Assembly: GCA_902529715.1 (NCBI GenBank)
Contig: CABZXL010000001.1
Span: forward strand, 1,162 to 65,161
Length of the DNA: 64,000 nt
From: an uncultured Pelagibacteraceae bacterium
GTDB lineage: Bacteria; Pseudomonadota; Alphaproteobacteria; Pelagibacterales; Pelagibacteraceae
Reading direction: 5' to 3'
A program made the translations under genes and the position numbers. Below, in pieces: positions 63,254-64,000 of this stretch. Below the pieces are notes generated by a model. That model did no database searches and was not told where the DNA came from. It saw only the letters and a list, made by a program, of their open reading frames with translations. Position 1 is the stretch's first letter. The number at the start of each line of letters is the position of its first letter.

Positions 63254-64000
63254 ATGAATAAATATAAATTTTTAAAAATATCATCATCTAAAAAAATTAG
63301 GTATTTGACCAATAAATACAAAGAAATACCATACGTTGTTTTTCTCCACGGATTTATGTCTGACGTGGAAGGAGATAAGCCAAAAAAAATATTAAGATAT
63401 TGTAAAAAAAAAAAGATAGGTTTTCTTGCAGTAGAATATTCTGGACATGGAAAATCTTCAGGCAAATTTACAAATGGAAATGTTAGTAAATGGACAAACG
63501 AGGTAAAAATAGCAATTCATAAAATTCTAAAAAAAAATAAATTTTTTCTGGTTGGCTCAAGTATGGGTTCTTGGATAGCTTTAAATCAATTTAAATTCTT
63601 TTCTAATCAAATATTAGGTTTTTTGGGAATAGGTTCTGCCCCAGAATTTTTAGAAAATTTAATGTGGAAAAAATTTAATAATAAAATTAAAAATGAAATT
63701 AAAAAAAAAGGAATTTATAATTTAAAGTATGGAAATTATGAATATCCTATTACTTATCAATTAATTAAAGATGGAAGAAAAAATAAAGTTTTAAATAAAA
63801 AAATTATAAATAAAATTTATGTTACTATGATTCATGGAAAGAAAGATGAAGTGGTTCCAGTAAGTTATTCTAGAAAAGTTCTTAAAGTTTTTAAAAACGC
63901 TAATAAAAAATTATTAATAATAAAAAACGGTGACCATAGCCTCTCATCAAAAAGGAATTTAAATAAAATTACAAAGGAGTTAAATAATATTATTTCTAAT
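63254..64000 (+). CDS. Alpha/beta hydrolase (3'-truncated by window; not in ORF track)
   Basis: MNKYKFL..., FLHGFMSD, YSGHGKSSG, VGSSMG nucleophile elbow, HGKKDEVVP, GDH. Confidence 0.9.
   Translation, partial: MNKYKFLKISSSKKIRYLTNKYKEIPYVVFLHGFMSDVEGDKPKKILRYCKKKKIGFLAVEYSGHGKSSGKFTNGNVSKWTNEVKIAIHKILKKNKFFLVGSSMGSWIALNQFKFFSNQILGFLGIGSAPEFLENLMWKKFNNKIKNEIKKKGIYNLKYGNYEYPITYQLIKDGRKNKVLNKKIINKIYVTMIHGKKDEVVPVSYSRKVLKVFKNANKKLLIIKNGDHSLSSKRNLNKITKELNNIISN

Overview
AT-rich, densely packed alphaproteobacterial chromosome segment. Gene content, order and tiny intergenic spaces are typical of SAR11/Pelagibacterales (inferred from sequence only). Most of the window is core genome: rpsA-ihfB-pyrF-trpFBA-accD-folC, trxA, sbcB, hisGZS, tRNA-His/Phe/Thr/Ser, infA, hisD, murA, dcd, rpmH-rnpA-yidD-yidC, argB, dapD/E, truA-fmt-def, aroKB, cobST, regB, gyrB, lepA, pheST, rplT-rpmI-infC-thrS. 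Two accessory regions stand out. (1) An ~8.5 kb integrase-less island (8186-16660) between sbcB and hisG has two divergent arms. The left arm holds small phage-like ORFs, rmuC and a PD-(D/E)XK exonuclease whose QLxAY motif is split by a 43-nt GC-rich hairpin insert built like a translational-bypass element (GGG take-off, rare CGC codon, hairpin, GGA landing). The right arm encodes a PD-(D/E)XK nuclease, a sigma-region-2-only protein, a MORC-type GHKL ATPase and a DUF4338/DruA-like protein, a candidate undescribed defence system. The control region carries a thrice-repeated TCCGGGGTATATA motif and two structured RNA leaders. (2) A surface-glycan cassette (45.7-53.6 kb) surrounds tRNA-Ser. An unannotated His-rich leader peptide lies upstream of tRNA-His-hisS-hisZ-hisG, and TrpB has a non-canonical active site. 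No database searches or folding computations were run; family calls come from motif recognition.
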